NCBI GenBank assembly: GCA_030704615.1 | Contig: CM060734.1 | Span: forward strand, 15,004,001-15,068,000 | Length of the DNA stretch: 64,000 bases | Reading direction: 5' to 3' | Source of the DNA: Takakia lepidozioides | Lineage: Eukaryota; Plantae; Bryophyta | Shown: piece by piece, positions 53,433-64,000 of the stretch | How the letters are laid out: each line of letters opens with the position of its first letter | Position numbering within the stretch: the stretch's first letter is position 1 | Translations under genes and position numbers: made by a program | Notes under the pieces: generated by a model | The model's database searches: none | Seen by the model: the letters and a program-made list of their open reading frames with translations, nothing else | What the model was told of the DNA's origin: nothing

Positions 53433-56400
53433 TCATTCGGAGCTGTCCTCATCAAGCTGCAAGTCTTCTTGGTCATCGGAGTCATCGTCATAAATGGCAT
53501 GGTCAGCAAAAGGCACATCTGAATCATCTTCCACCTCGTTTTCAATGACCATGTCTTCATCTTCTTCTCCAACATCCGCATCTGATGGAGCCTCATCGTA
53601 TAGGGTCCGGGCTGGATTCACCGGGGTGTCCTCATCCTCTTGTACCCCTCTACCCAACCTTGGCCAACATCAACATCATCATGACCAGTCTCTTCCTCCT
53701 TCACATTTGTCTCTCCCCATGTAGATCCCCGACCATGATAGATACGTCTTCCTCTTGGCTTAGCATGTACAACCACCTTCTAATTTCCGCCTCTTGTTTT
53801 GTCTTCGGATAAGAAAATTGCTCCATATCTGAAGGCCATGCAAAAGGCTCATCGGTGGGACGATGAGCACTCATGAGCCTATCTGCATTGACGCGCAAGA
53901 AACCACACTCGCCTTCCACTAGTGTTACGGAGGGCCCCCTAACAACCACCTTCCCTAGATAAGAGGCTGGTACCTTGTATACTGAAGTTGGAGTATGCTC
54001 TCAAACTCCCCAATGTAGTTGAGTTGGCTCATGGTAGGTCATGTATCTCCCTTGCCCCACACGGAGTCATGCCCAATATGTGGCACACAAGCCAGAATCA
54101 AACGTTGTTTTGCACTTCATGTCAAGAGCATGAATGTGGAAATGACGACCGTAATCTCAAACCGCTGTGTATGAGGTTGCGAATTGAGAGGGGCCCCTTG
54201 CAATGTCTTGCACCAAATCTGAAACCACCTCATGACGAACAATGGCGCCCTCAACTTCAGTCTGAAGCCAATCCTCGTGGCCGAGCGCGTCTACTCTCCC
54301 TTGCATGGTTCTGCCTCCACGCATCCGTCTCCTCATGTCGTTGCTGAACAAGGTTATTGTATCTTGTCTCCCACTCATGTATAGATAGGGTGTTCTTCAA
54401 TATGAACTCATGCGCTTGCTCAATCACCATGATCGGCAATTTTACCCTCTTCGACATTTTGGGCAAAACGATGTTTTTGGTTCGTGCATCCTCCTCTTCC
54501 TTCCACATCCGAGGGGCTTCCTCATCCACCCTTGCCATGTACTCAATGCAATAGAACATAGCTTCTTGCAACGTATACCCCTCCGCCATGCTACCCTCCG
54601 GGTGCGCCATTTGTCTTATAAACGATTTCAAAGTCTTCGTATAACACTCAAGGAAGTACATCCACCAAGAATGAACGGGGCCGGCAATCGAAGTCTCTTT
54701 CACTGAGTGCACTACCAAGTGCACTTGGATATCAAAGAAAGAGGGAGGAAAGTGCATCTCCAACATACACATTACCTCCGCCGCCTCCTTCTTCATGCGT
54801 GGAAAATCCGCTTCCTCCAACTCTTTGGAGCAAATCCACCGGAACAAGCCTCTCAATCTATAGATTGTCTCACGAACCTCGGGAGTCAATGTCCCACGTA
54901 CTGCAATGGGCAAAATGTCTTGCAAGATATTGTGGTAGTCATGAGACTTCAAACCATGGACCCCGTCTTCATTGAACTTCATACGGAGGGATGACCCTAA
55001 CTAGTTGATGTTCGGACAGCACCTATGGTGGCTATCACTTTCTTGTATTCCTCTTTTGTTCATTGCCAAGGTGCGCGCCTATACTTCCATCGTATAACAC
55101 CCTTTGGGTCCACACCATTTTTTGAGGCCCATAGATCGGGCATGCGACCCTGCTCTTCAAGCTCCTTTCTAACATTGAGAGAATCTCCTTTTGCAGCCAT
55201 TCCCTTCTTTGTCGGCGTGCCATGAAGAACCCGAAAAAAGAACGAGCAAACATTCTTCTCAATATGCATGGGATCTAGAAGATGACAAATCTTCAAGTCC
55301 TATATATATCCCCACCCACAAATACTTATACAAATATCGCAGGCGTGAAAGTTGTAACTCATACAAAATATGCAATATCACATGCATGCATAATGATATT
55401 AATGGTGTTTAGGGTGAAATATGTACCGCCCAATATGACAACTTGTAGAAGATTGAAAGTCGTTTCATGTCGGGCACCTCCACTTCACCGACCATGTCCA
55501 CGTGGGCCTCCTTCCATCGGTCTTCCCAAAACTGCCCGGATGGTGTCACAGGGGGGGGGGGGGGGGGGGACGTACCTCCTCTTTGCCATCAAACAAGTGT
55601 TTGTCTCTTCTGCTCCATGGATGGCTCATAGGAAGAAACTTGCGGTAGTTGGGATACACCACCATCTTGCGAAGATGGCGGGAGCTATGTGTATCAAGTT
55701 CATCGCCACAATGCAAGCATGCGTGGGACCCTTTCAGCCCCGAGCAAACAGTTAGTCCTGTACACATCCCGCCACATTAGCAAAGACAAAAAGTTGCCAT
55801 GTGCATGGCCCATAGTGCCATCTACCCCACTAGGGTGCACAAGACTGTCGCCGCTACTTCAATCAATCCCAATCCTCATCAATATTATCCCTTGACAAAT
55901 AACTATACGTGGGTTCTTCATGGGGAACATAATATACATGGATAATCCTGCATTGTCCAAAACAAGATGCCTCTCATCTGAAAAGATTGTCCGGCCATAG
56001 GGTCAAGTGAAGCATCCAATGACGGACCCCCCTCCATAGCTCCTTAAGTTCATCAACTAGGGGTCGCAAGTACGTGTCCATGTGTTTCACTTGTTTTTTT
56101 CCCTATGAGACATTCACATCATTGTTTCAATGCTCCACCATGCTAATTATACTTCATGGGCAATAACACATCTTACTCCATGATTACGTTGACCACTCAT
56201 CAATCTTCCATCGGAATTGCGCTAGAGGTCAGAAGATTAATGTAAAATCCAAGGGAATAATAGGCATGGAATGGGAACACTCACCTGGTACAATGGCAGC
56301 CAACATGATATGGCGTTTCTTATTGAAAGATACGGATGGATGTTGTAATTCACCATGGTCACCAGCCAAGTGGAATGACTACATGACTGGATAGAGTATG

Positions 56401-57540
56401 GGTTGACCCCATCCGTGGAGAAGCCGAGGTGGACATGTCGTGGGTCGTCCAAGAGAAAAGGCCATCTCTCTTCAGTGTGCCTCCATGCTTGTGAATCTTT
56501 GTGGCCCGCATACCTTTCCCCGGGGGCTCCGATGCGAGGTGTGCCATCTCATCAGTTTTGCCAATAAGGGGCTTCGGTAGTGTGCCTTCAATCGCGGGAT
56601 GATCGGAAAGTAATGCATTTTCTAGGATAAAATACACCACGTCCCCCACATATAATCATCCCATCAGTACACATAATACAACACCCGTATGTCTTTCCCT
56701 TTATGCGGCCTCTCCCTCATTATGGCATGAATGGTCAAAACCGAACGTCGCTAGTATTACTCACTCCTTCCAGAGCCACAATCAGATCTTGCATGAGTAC
56801 TACTCTCTAAACCCTAAGCTTTGTGGAGTATACTTTACATGCATTGAGAGGATTAAAGAAAAAAAATTCCATGCGAGAGGGAATGGCGCTTATACTTTGC
56901 GTGGTACTTTTTTCCCTTGGACATCATCCCGATATCGGTCTTTCTTGCACTTTGGGCACTTAGTGAGATGCGAATCTTCTCCGTAGTATAAGGTTTTATC
57001 ATATGGACATGCATGAAAAATCTTATAGCCCGTCCCCACAGAGTCCAAGACTTTGCACGCCTCTTTCTGCGACCGTGGCATCTTGGGTTTCAAGTGTGGA
57101 GCGAGGATATAGTCCGCAATAGTTCGCATTATGACAGACATCCCAACATTACTTAGGCCAAATCGAATTTGAAGATTGAGCAAAAATAAGATTGTTGAAA
57201 GTCGACTCATTTTCGCCCATTCGTACAAGGGAGTTCTCGTCTCCCTCTCCATGTCATTTGAGGGGGCCATTTCAAGATCATTGATTGGCCGGCCGGTTTC
57301 CTCTCCATGGGATGCATCAGCGCCCACATGATGCATCAAGAGATCCTCCATGGCTTGCACATTCTCCTGATTAATTCCATCCTCACTGTTGTTGTCACTG
57401 TCATTGTCATCGTCATCATCGTTCGGTACTTCATCAACGATGGGGGCAACTTCTTGCCCACGGCTCCCACCTGATGTACTTGGGTTGTTTTTGGATGGGG
57501 TGCCAAGAGAAAGGACGGGAAGGGAAGAACAAAGTCCTGA
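53433..57540 (-). mobile_element. Degenerate CACTA/En-Spm transposase (TnpD/Tnp2)
   Basis: IFHACP..CPKC..RY; LGFSTDGVNPY..STW; HLLDPMHIEKN; GLKSHDYH..FPPSFFDIQVHL..GPVH..WMY..HPEGSMAEGY. Confidence 0.92.
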
Positions 57541-57989
57541 TATGAAGAAATGAACATACGGGCATACATTATAATGTGTCATTGCAACAATACAACTTAT
57601 TATAAGCGAAATGCAAACAACAACCTTCAATGTATGTATGCATCAAATATGTCATTCAGTAATTACATGTATGTGCGCAACGTCACGCATGCAAAGTTTC
57701 GAACCTAAACAAAATAATTCCCCCCCCCCCAATGACGTTGTTCACCCTGTCAACCAATTTTGTTTATTGCGAAAGAAAATCCTCTCATGCCATTGCACCC
57801 ATCAAACGGATGTGGCTCAAGCTTCACTTTTTTCCACATGTGTTTGAATATGTGTGCAACACATTTGCAAAGATTCAACAGAAAAAAAAAACAAAAAAAA
57901 CAAACAAACAAAACATTTGCCTCCCCAACGACGCACTCACCCTGGAACCAATTTTGAATTAAATCGAATTTGAATGAATTGCATATGCT

Positions 57990-58790
57990 GTCTTCGGCAA
58001 TGTTGATGGGCTGGTCAACAGTTCTTTTGGTCATCCTAGGAGAACCTATGTAGTATGGGACGAGCGAAGCGATGGGCATAAGAGGTTTTGTGGTCATACG
58101 TCGGTATACTGTGAGGGGATGCACATGTTTGTGATGATATGTGCTAGTAGGACTATTAGGGCTGGCACCGAGCTATTTGCATCATACAAGTTCTCCCGGG
58201 ATGATTGGGACCTCCGGTTACAACATGAGTGGGATGTGTATGATAGAAATAGGGTTGCTTTGAGAGAGGTGCAAATAAATAAATATTTGCATTTAGAAAA
58301 TATAGGATTGCGAATTTGAGGGGCGTAATGATTTTATTTTTTGCTCTAATTTGTTCTATGATTTCAAACCTTGCACCACTACATCCATGCCAAAAATTGG
58401 AGAATATATATATATATATATATATTCTTCGCTCAATTTTGCATAACTCTCTATGAAGAGTGCACGAAGTTGAAAAGAAGTCAACTTTGGAGTGCATCAG
58501 GGTCACCATCACAATATCTAATGTCAATGGGAGACAACCCCTGTCTACGTACATCCTATCTGTTGACACACAAAATGTATGGTAGGATGTATGGGGCTTC
58601 AAGGCGTAATGTACGGAACTCCCCTGTGGTGTAGTATGGACCGTAGTAGGGAAACAAGTCCACCATGCTGTCTCTCCCATGAGGAACCACAATATCATTG
58701 ACCGTGAATAAACCCCGACCCATAGCAGGGTCAGTAGCGGCTCTCACAACATACCGCCTCCCCCAAGACTCAAACTCCACATTCTCTCAG
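57990..58790. pseudogene. SET-domain gene split into oppositely oriented halves
   Basis: Minus strand 58790-58500: MGRGLFTVNDI..FPYYG..YCDGDP. Plus strand 57990-58200: FGNVDGLVNSS..VMICASRTIRAGTELFASY. Confidence 0.7.
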
Positions 58791-59348
58791 ATAGGGACAT
58801 GAGCGTCGAGATGATTCCCCCAACAACGAGGCTGAACGGTCCTCAGTAACATAGTCCTATGCGCTTCCCATCGGGGGTGAGGATCCTCAGGCCACCCAAG
58901 CCGAAGGGGAGGATACCTAGGGCGAAGTCGATGCCTCCTAGGGTTTTGGGGGCCACATGCATGTGGAGGTGGAGGTGGAGGTGATACTGGTGGCGGAAGA
59001 GATGAAAGTGGAGGTGGTTGAGGATGTAATGCCGGAGGTACAACCGGAGGTGGATCAGGCAGAGAAACAGATGGGGGAAGGGGACAATCGACCTGCAAGC
59101 TGCTACTGCATGTACGGCGCGGAGAATCTCAGATGAGAACACCGGATCAGGGGGACTGTCTGAGGACACCGAAGGGGGGGGGGCTGCCGTCGCCGGCCAT
59201 AACGCCTGCGACACCTACGATACCCCTCGACCCTACGCATCTCATTGGACGTGACTTCCGCGTGAGCGTGAGCGTGAGCTCACGCAATGGTGATGTGGCG
59301 TGAACGTGGGGTCGCGCAGAAGTGGCGTGAGCGTGAGGCTGACGTGGC

Positions 59349-60288
59349 GTGGGCCTGCTGACGTGTCGTTATCCGGCTGATGTGGTAGTCATCAGAATGA
59401 CGTGGCATCTAGACAACTTGCCAGATGTGCCCACCTGGAACAGGTTTACTGAGGACTACTGGAGAGCCGGGTTTGGGCTGGCGGGGATGCTCCTGGATGA
59501 TGGTGGATGTATTGTGGTCCTTGCCACAAGAGGGAAGACCACAGACAATGCTGTGGCAAGGTGGACACCCAAAAATGTCACCCCGGTCCTCCTCAAAAAA
59601 TGGTTCTGCATCAATACGCAGGGGTTGCGAACAGAGGGCCAGAGTGTAAGTTATCAATCTATTGCATTCACTTCATATTGTGGTGTATCTGAACTAGACC
59701 CTGGAGTTGATCCCTTTTTTGTTGGATGTGCAGACATTGGTGTTTGAGGCATATTGTTTTGTGAAGAGAGGGTCTACATTCAAATTCCACAACGACGGTC
59801 GTCTTGTTGATGCCGCTGTGGACCCTGTTACCTACAATGTCTTCTACAACTATGTGCCCCACTCCAGTATGCCGAAGGACACAAAGACAGGCAAACCGTG
59901 GCGGTACAGCCAGACCTGGAACCCTGCTTTCATCCAAACCCTCATGGAGACGTGCTCGGATGTCCAAGGGCGGATTCTTGACCTCACATGCGGCACGGGT
60001 AAGCCTTCACGTGCACAGTTTGTCCCCTGGCCCGATTGCAATTGCATGCCGCATGCTACTAACTGCCCGCTTTGTCCATCAAGTGCTTCAATGTGGGCAG
60101 GGACGTTGTTCGACAGGCATGTCTTCGCCTTCGAGCCAGATACTGCCCTCCACAACTCCAAACTTGCAGCGGCTGAACGTCTGCCGAAAGAGGAAAAGGC
60201 ATCCTTGGAGGATGAGGAAGAATCCAACAAGGAGCAGGGGGAGGTACAAGTTGGGATCAAGGCCGAGGAGCCCCCGGTTTACGAGTGA
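59349..60288 (+). pseudogene. Beta-class N4C/N6A DNA methyltransferase-like gene with introns
   Basis: ADVVV..W..Y..LLDDGGCIVV, then PAFIQTLMETCSDVQGRILDLTCGTG..ASMWAGTLFDRHVFAFEPD (motifs X-I-II). GT-AG intron at ~59646-59733. The DPPY-equivalent motif is degenerate. Confidence 0.6.
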
Positions 60289-61339
60289 GTGGTTGCATTG
60301 TAAATTGCCTCCTGATTTCGTGAGGCACCTCCCTTTGCTCTCTTATTTCATTGAAATACCCTTTGTGCTTCTGCTGGTATTGACATTCTTGAAGTGGATT
60401 TGTTCTTACTGTAGGATGCCAAGTACTGCAGGAAGGATGTCTACACCGCAGTTTATGGGCAGGAGGAACGTACATTTTTTTGCCAGGGGGGATTTCATGC
60501 CGAGTCCAAAAAGGGACTACATCCTTCCTACTTATGCTGCCCGGCTTGCTTCGGTGTCAATTAGGAGGTCTTCCGAACCTAGTCGTGTACAGCAGATTTA
60601 AGACGGGGCAAACCTCAAGAAAATGAAGATGAGGGAGGAGGCATCAGCTATTAGAGCCCGTCAGGCTCGTAGATTTGTCTTGGATTCTGCTGAGGAAAGT
60701 GGGGGAGAAGAGGCAAAAGATTCCCAGGAGGTGAGGTGGACAGTCCCCCAAGGAGAGGACGGTATTTTTGAGAGGCATAGTGGAACTGATGCATCTCATA
60801 GCTCAGATGATGGGGGGGATGAGGGGGATGAGGAGGAAGGTGGGGCAAGTTCCTCGGAGGGTGTAGGAGAGTAGTGCCCATTCTGGCTATGACAGTTAGG
60901 ACACACTTGTATAGATGTGGCTTGCCACAAAATTTGCAATAAAATGTTGCATTTCATTGCTATGACGAGTCCACTGGTGCCAAATTCCAACTTCATATGA
61001 CCCTATTTCCGTGCCTCCTAACCCTATTTCCGTGGACACACAATGGTCCGCTCATGTTTTTTTTTTTCCCGCTCATGCTCATGCCGCTCATGAAATAGCA
61101 GCCCCCTTTTTGATGAATGAAGTCACTGTTTTCATCCCAGTACTGTGCACTTTGCAATGGAGGTAGTTCAAGGTTAACTATGTTGTTGGAGTACGAGGGG
61201 CTTAATTAATGGTGGATTAGTGAAGCTAATTACACAGCCGCCTAGTGATTCTCATTTCAAATTCCCCAAATTTGGGACTTTGAGGGGTGAACTATGGGAG
61301 ATGTGCTAAATGTCAAACTGTCCACCTTTAATGAAGATG

Positions 61340-64000
61340 TTGATTCAAGAACATACTCCTGTGGCTTCTACCAATAAGCCTATAGATTATGCTGAGAAGA
61401 TGCACAAGCAGCCTTACCCAGATTTCAACTTGGGAGATGATTTCGAGTCATTTTTGGAGTTTTTTTTTATATAAGTAGAGAGATCAACTCGGTTCCCTCT
61501 CGATTTGTTGTCAAAGCTTTTCGTGTGTGTTTGAAGGGTGAGGCTCGCAAGATTTTTGAGTCCAACAGTAAGGATAAGAGTGAGCTGACATGGGATGAGG
61601 CTAAAGAATTGGCAGGTAGGTTGTTTTGTGAGGCCAAGTCCATAGCATATATTGTTCCAGAGCTAACCTTTGTCCCTGGTGACAGTTTGTGGAGATATTA
61701 CACTAATCTTTGTACGGCGGTGTGTAAGGCCGTTGATGACCCTTCTGAAAGATCAGCCATCCTGAAACATTGTTTCATCAAAGGCTTGCCGCCAGCAGAA
61801 AGAGTCTTTTTACAGAAACAACATTATCATCATGAGGACGAGATGGTGGGTCTTTTGGAAGAGAGACTTAGATTAAAAGCTGCAAAAACTGGCATGACCC
61901 ATACCTCCCCGACCAAGGTCACACAATGCTGGGCCAATGAGGACGAGATGGTGGGTCTTTTGGAAGAGAGACTTAGATTAAAAGCTGCAAAAACTGGCAT
62001 GACCCATACCTCCCCGACCAAGGTCACACAATGCTTGGCCAATTCTTGCGGTACTAACATTGCTGAGGTATATGATAGGGGTAGGCCTTGCACAAATGAG
62101 CTGCTGCCTGCCATTGTACAGGAGCTACACCAATTCCGTAGTGATGTTCAAGACCAGCTTTTGGCTATGAAAAGCGAGGTCACATGGCGTGCCTCAGGTT
62201 CTGACTCAGCAGACCATAACCACCAGGGTAACAAACCCAGTGGCTTCCGGGGCAAAACCCAGATAGGGTCGAGGTATGTGAATAAGGCCTCATTACCTGC
62301 TTGTATGATCTGTAAGTCCACCAAACATTACACACGTTGGTGCCCATTCATGTCCGACTTATCAGCTATGATTGAGCAGATTAAGAAAGAAAATAAAGGG
62401 GGTTTAAACGAACAAGGTCGTCTATGAGGGTGCCAGGCGATCATCTCCCGAGCCCTAAATCCCTGGTAAGTGCAGTACTGTCTCAAGATTTCAAACTGTT
62501 ACACTGTGAGGCTCTTCGCAAGGTCAGTAAGCTCCGAGTTCATCCTTTGATGACCCAATGTCACGTCGGTTTTGTTTTCCTGCATTATTGATATAGGATG
62601 TACTTTGTCAGCTATCCCTCTTAGCATAGTTCACATCCTAGGTCTCAAACTGCAATCTGCGAATGGTTTATCAGTATCTATTGCAGATGGGACTGCTTAT
62701 GAGCCTATAGGCTTAGTCACTTTGCCCATAAGGGTCAGTGGTAAGAGTGTGGTACTATTGACTTGTATTGTCACTCTTGGGGAACAGTTTTTGTTGGGTC
62801 TTGGATGCAAGGGGCTGAAGCCAGCCTTGATATCCTGAGCCATGTCATGTGGTTGCACAATGGGGAGGGTAACCCCTACAAGGTTAGTCTTGCACCCGTA
62901 ACCTTGGCTGCTGGTACATCCATGGCAAACTTTGTCAAAACCCAACTGCAAGCTGCTGCCATGCGTGAACAAGTGGGTTTGTCTTATAACTAGTCTCGCT
63001 TCAATCAATTCAAAGTTGTTGATAACTGCCTTCACCAATGGCAATTTCCTGCTCCCGGCAAAAAGGGCAGTGCACCCTTACCCATCCCCAAGAATTCTTT
63101 GCTTATCCGCTCTCCTGTCGATTTTTTTATGATTCCTGCTTTCTCTCAACGCATTATACCAACAGGGCTTGCATTTGTATGTTCCGAAGGACATTACTTA
63201 GAAGTTGAGGGCTGGAAAAAATTGACCTTACAAAAGCATTGTTTAATTGCATCTGGTGTTATTGACAGAGGCTTCAAAGGAGAGGTTAGATTACTCATAG
63301 CCAATCCTGAACGTATTAATGTGCATGTGAGGAAGGGGCAAGTACTCGCTCACTTAACAGCAGTGCCTCTCTTTGAAATTGCGTCCGTGCAAGGAGCCTT
63401 GAGCCTCCAAGACATTGGCCTGGTGGACACCCCTGTGGACCAACTGCACACATTTGCTGCACACATGGGCTCGGTGACTAGTTTTGACCTGTCTCCTGCT
63501 CAAGAGCTTCACTTTCAACAGGTCCTTGCTGAGGTTAAGGTATGTGACCATCTCACCCCCTCTCAGAAAGCTCAGTTTCATGACTTCCTTAGGCGCAACT
63601 TGGATGTGTTCAGCAAAGGGCCTCATGACCTAGGCCGCACAGACATTCTCCAGCATGACATTGTCACGGATGGGAAACCCATCAAACAGTATGCTTATTG
63701 AGAAAGTGTCCGAGAACGCACAGTCATACAAGAGGAAATCACGAGAATGCTTGACACAGGTGTGAACACTCCCTCGATCTCTCCCTGGGCTAGTCCAATT
63801 GTCTTAGTGGGGAAAAAGAATGGCTCTACCCGTTTTTGCGTAGATTTCTGAAGGTTAAATGCTATCACGAAATGTGATGTGTATCCCTTGCCTCGCGTAA
63901 ATGAAACGCTTGACCAACTGAATGGGGCCACCATTTTTTCTTCATTGGATCTTGCAGCTGGTTTTTGGCAAGTACCCTTTAACTGCTGCTGCTAAGGAAA
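61340..64000 (+). mobile_element. Degenerate Ty3/gypsy element: gag-PR-dUTPase-like-RT; runs out of the window
   Basis: CMICKSTKHYTRWC; IIDIGCTLS; GVIDRGFKGEV; SPWASPIVLV..RFCVDF..YPLPR..SLDLAAGFWQV. A 105-bp tandem duplication lies at ~61832-62041. Confidence 0.85.

Noticed and set aside
59804-60601. 265-aa ORF
   Set aside because: Alternative frame overlapping the MTase-like ORF, with no recognisable motifs.

Overview
Eukaryotic, intron-containing, TE-rich plant genomic DNA. A non-seed land plant is my inference from the TE and PPR content; the species cannot be determined. Host genes: the 5' part of a GPI1/PIG-Q-like gene (-), a conserved plant 'DRRYGW' protein with a frameshifted Q-rich tail (+), cytosolic SHMT (-) and coatomer zeta (+). 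The centre is a 17.5-kb Ty3/gypsy-type element (20293-37782, 4-bp TSD TATC) encoding gag-PR-[DNMT3-like C5 DNA methyltransferase]-RT-RH-INT-[PHD]. Its repeats are not ordinary LTRs but split direct repeats (A1...B1-A2-B2) opened at an internal GACA-GC-TGTC palindrome. A young, intact chromovirus (24136-31107) is nested in its gag. Other mobile elements also carry chromatin or nucleic-acid modification domains: a LINE-like fragment with chromodomain + PCIF1/CAPAM-like MTase + RNase H; a CACTA-adjacent region with a split SET domain and a beta-class N4/N6 MTase-like gene; ParB-like and SWIM fragments flanked by hairpin repeats; a CACTA-TIR-bounded segment with PPR fragments; and a gypsy relic with a dUTPase-like domain. 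All domain calls come from motif recognition by eye; no searches were run.
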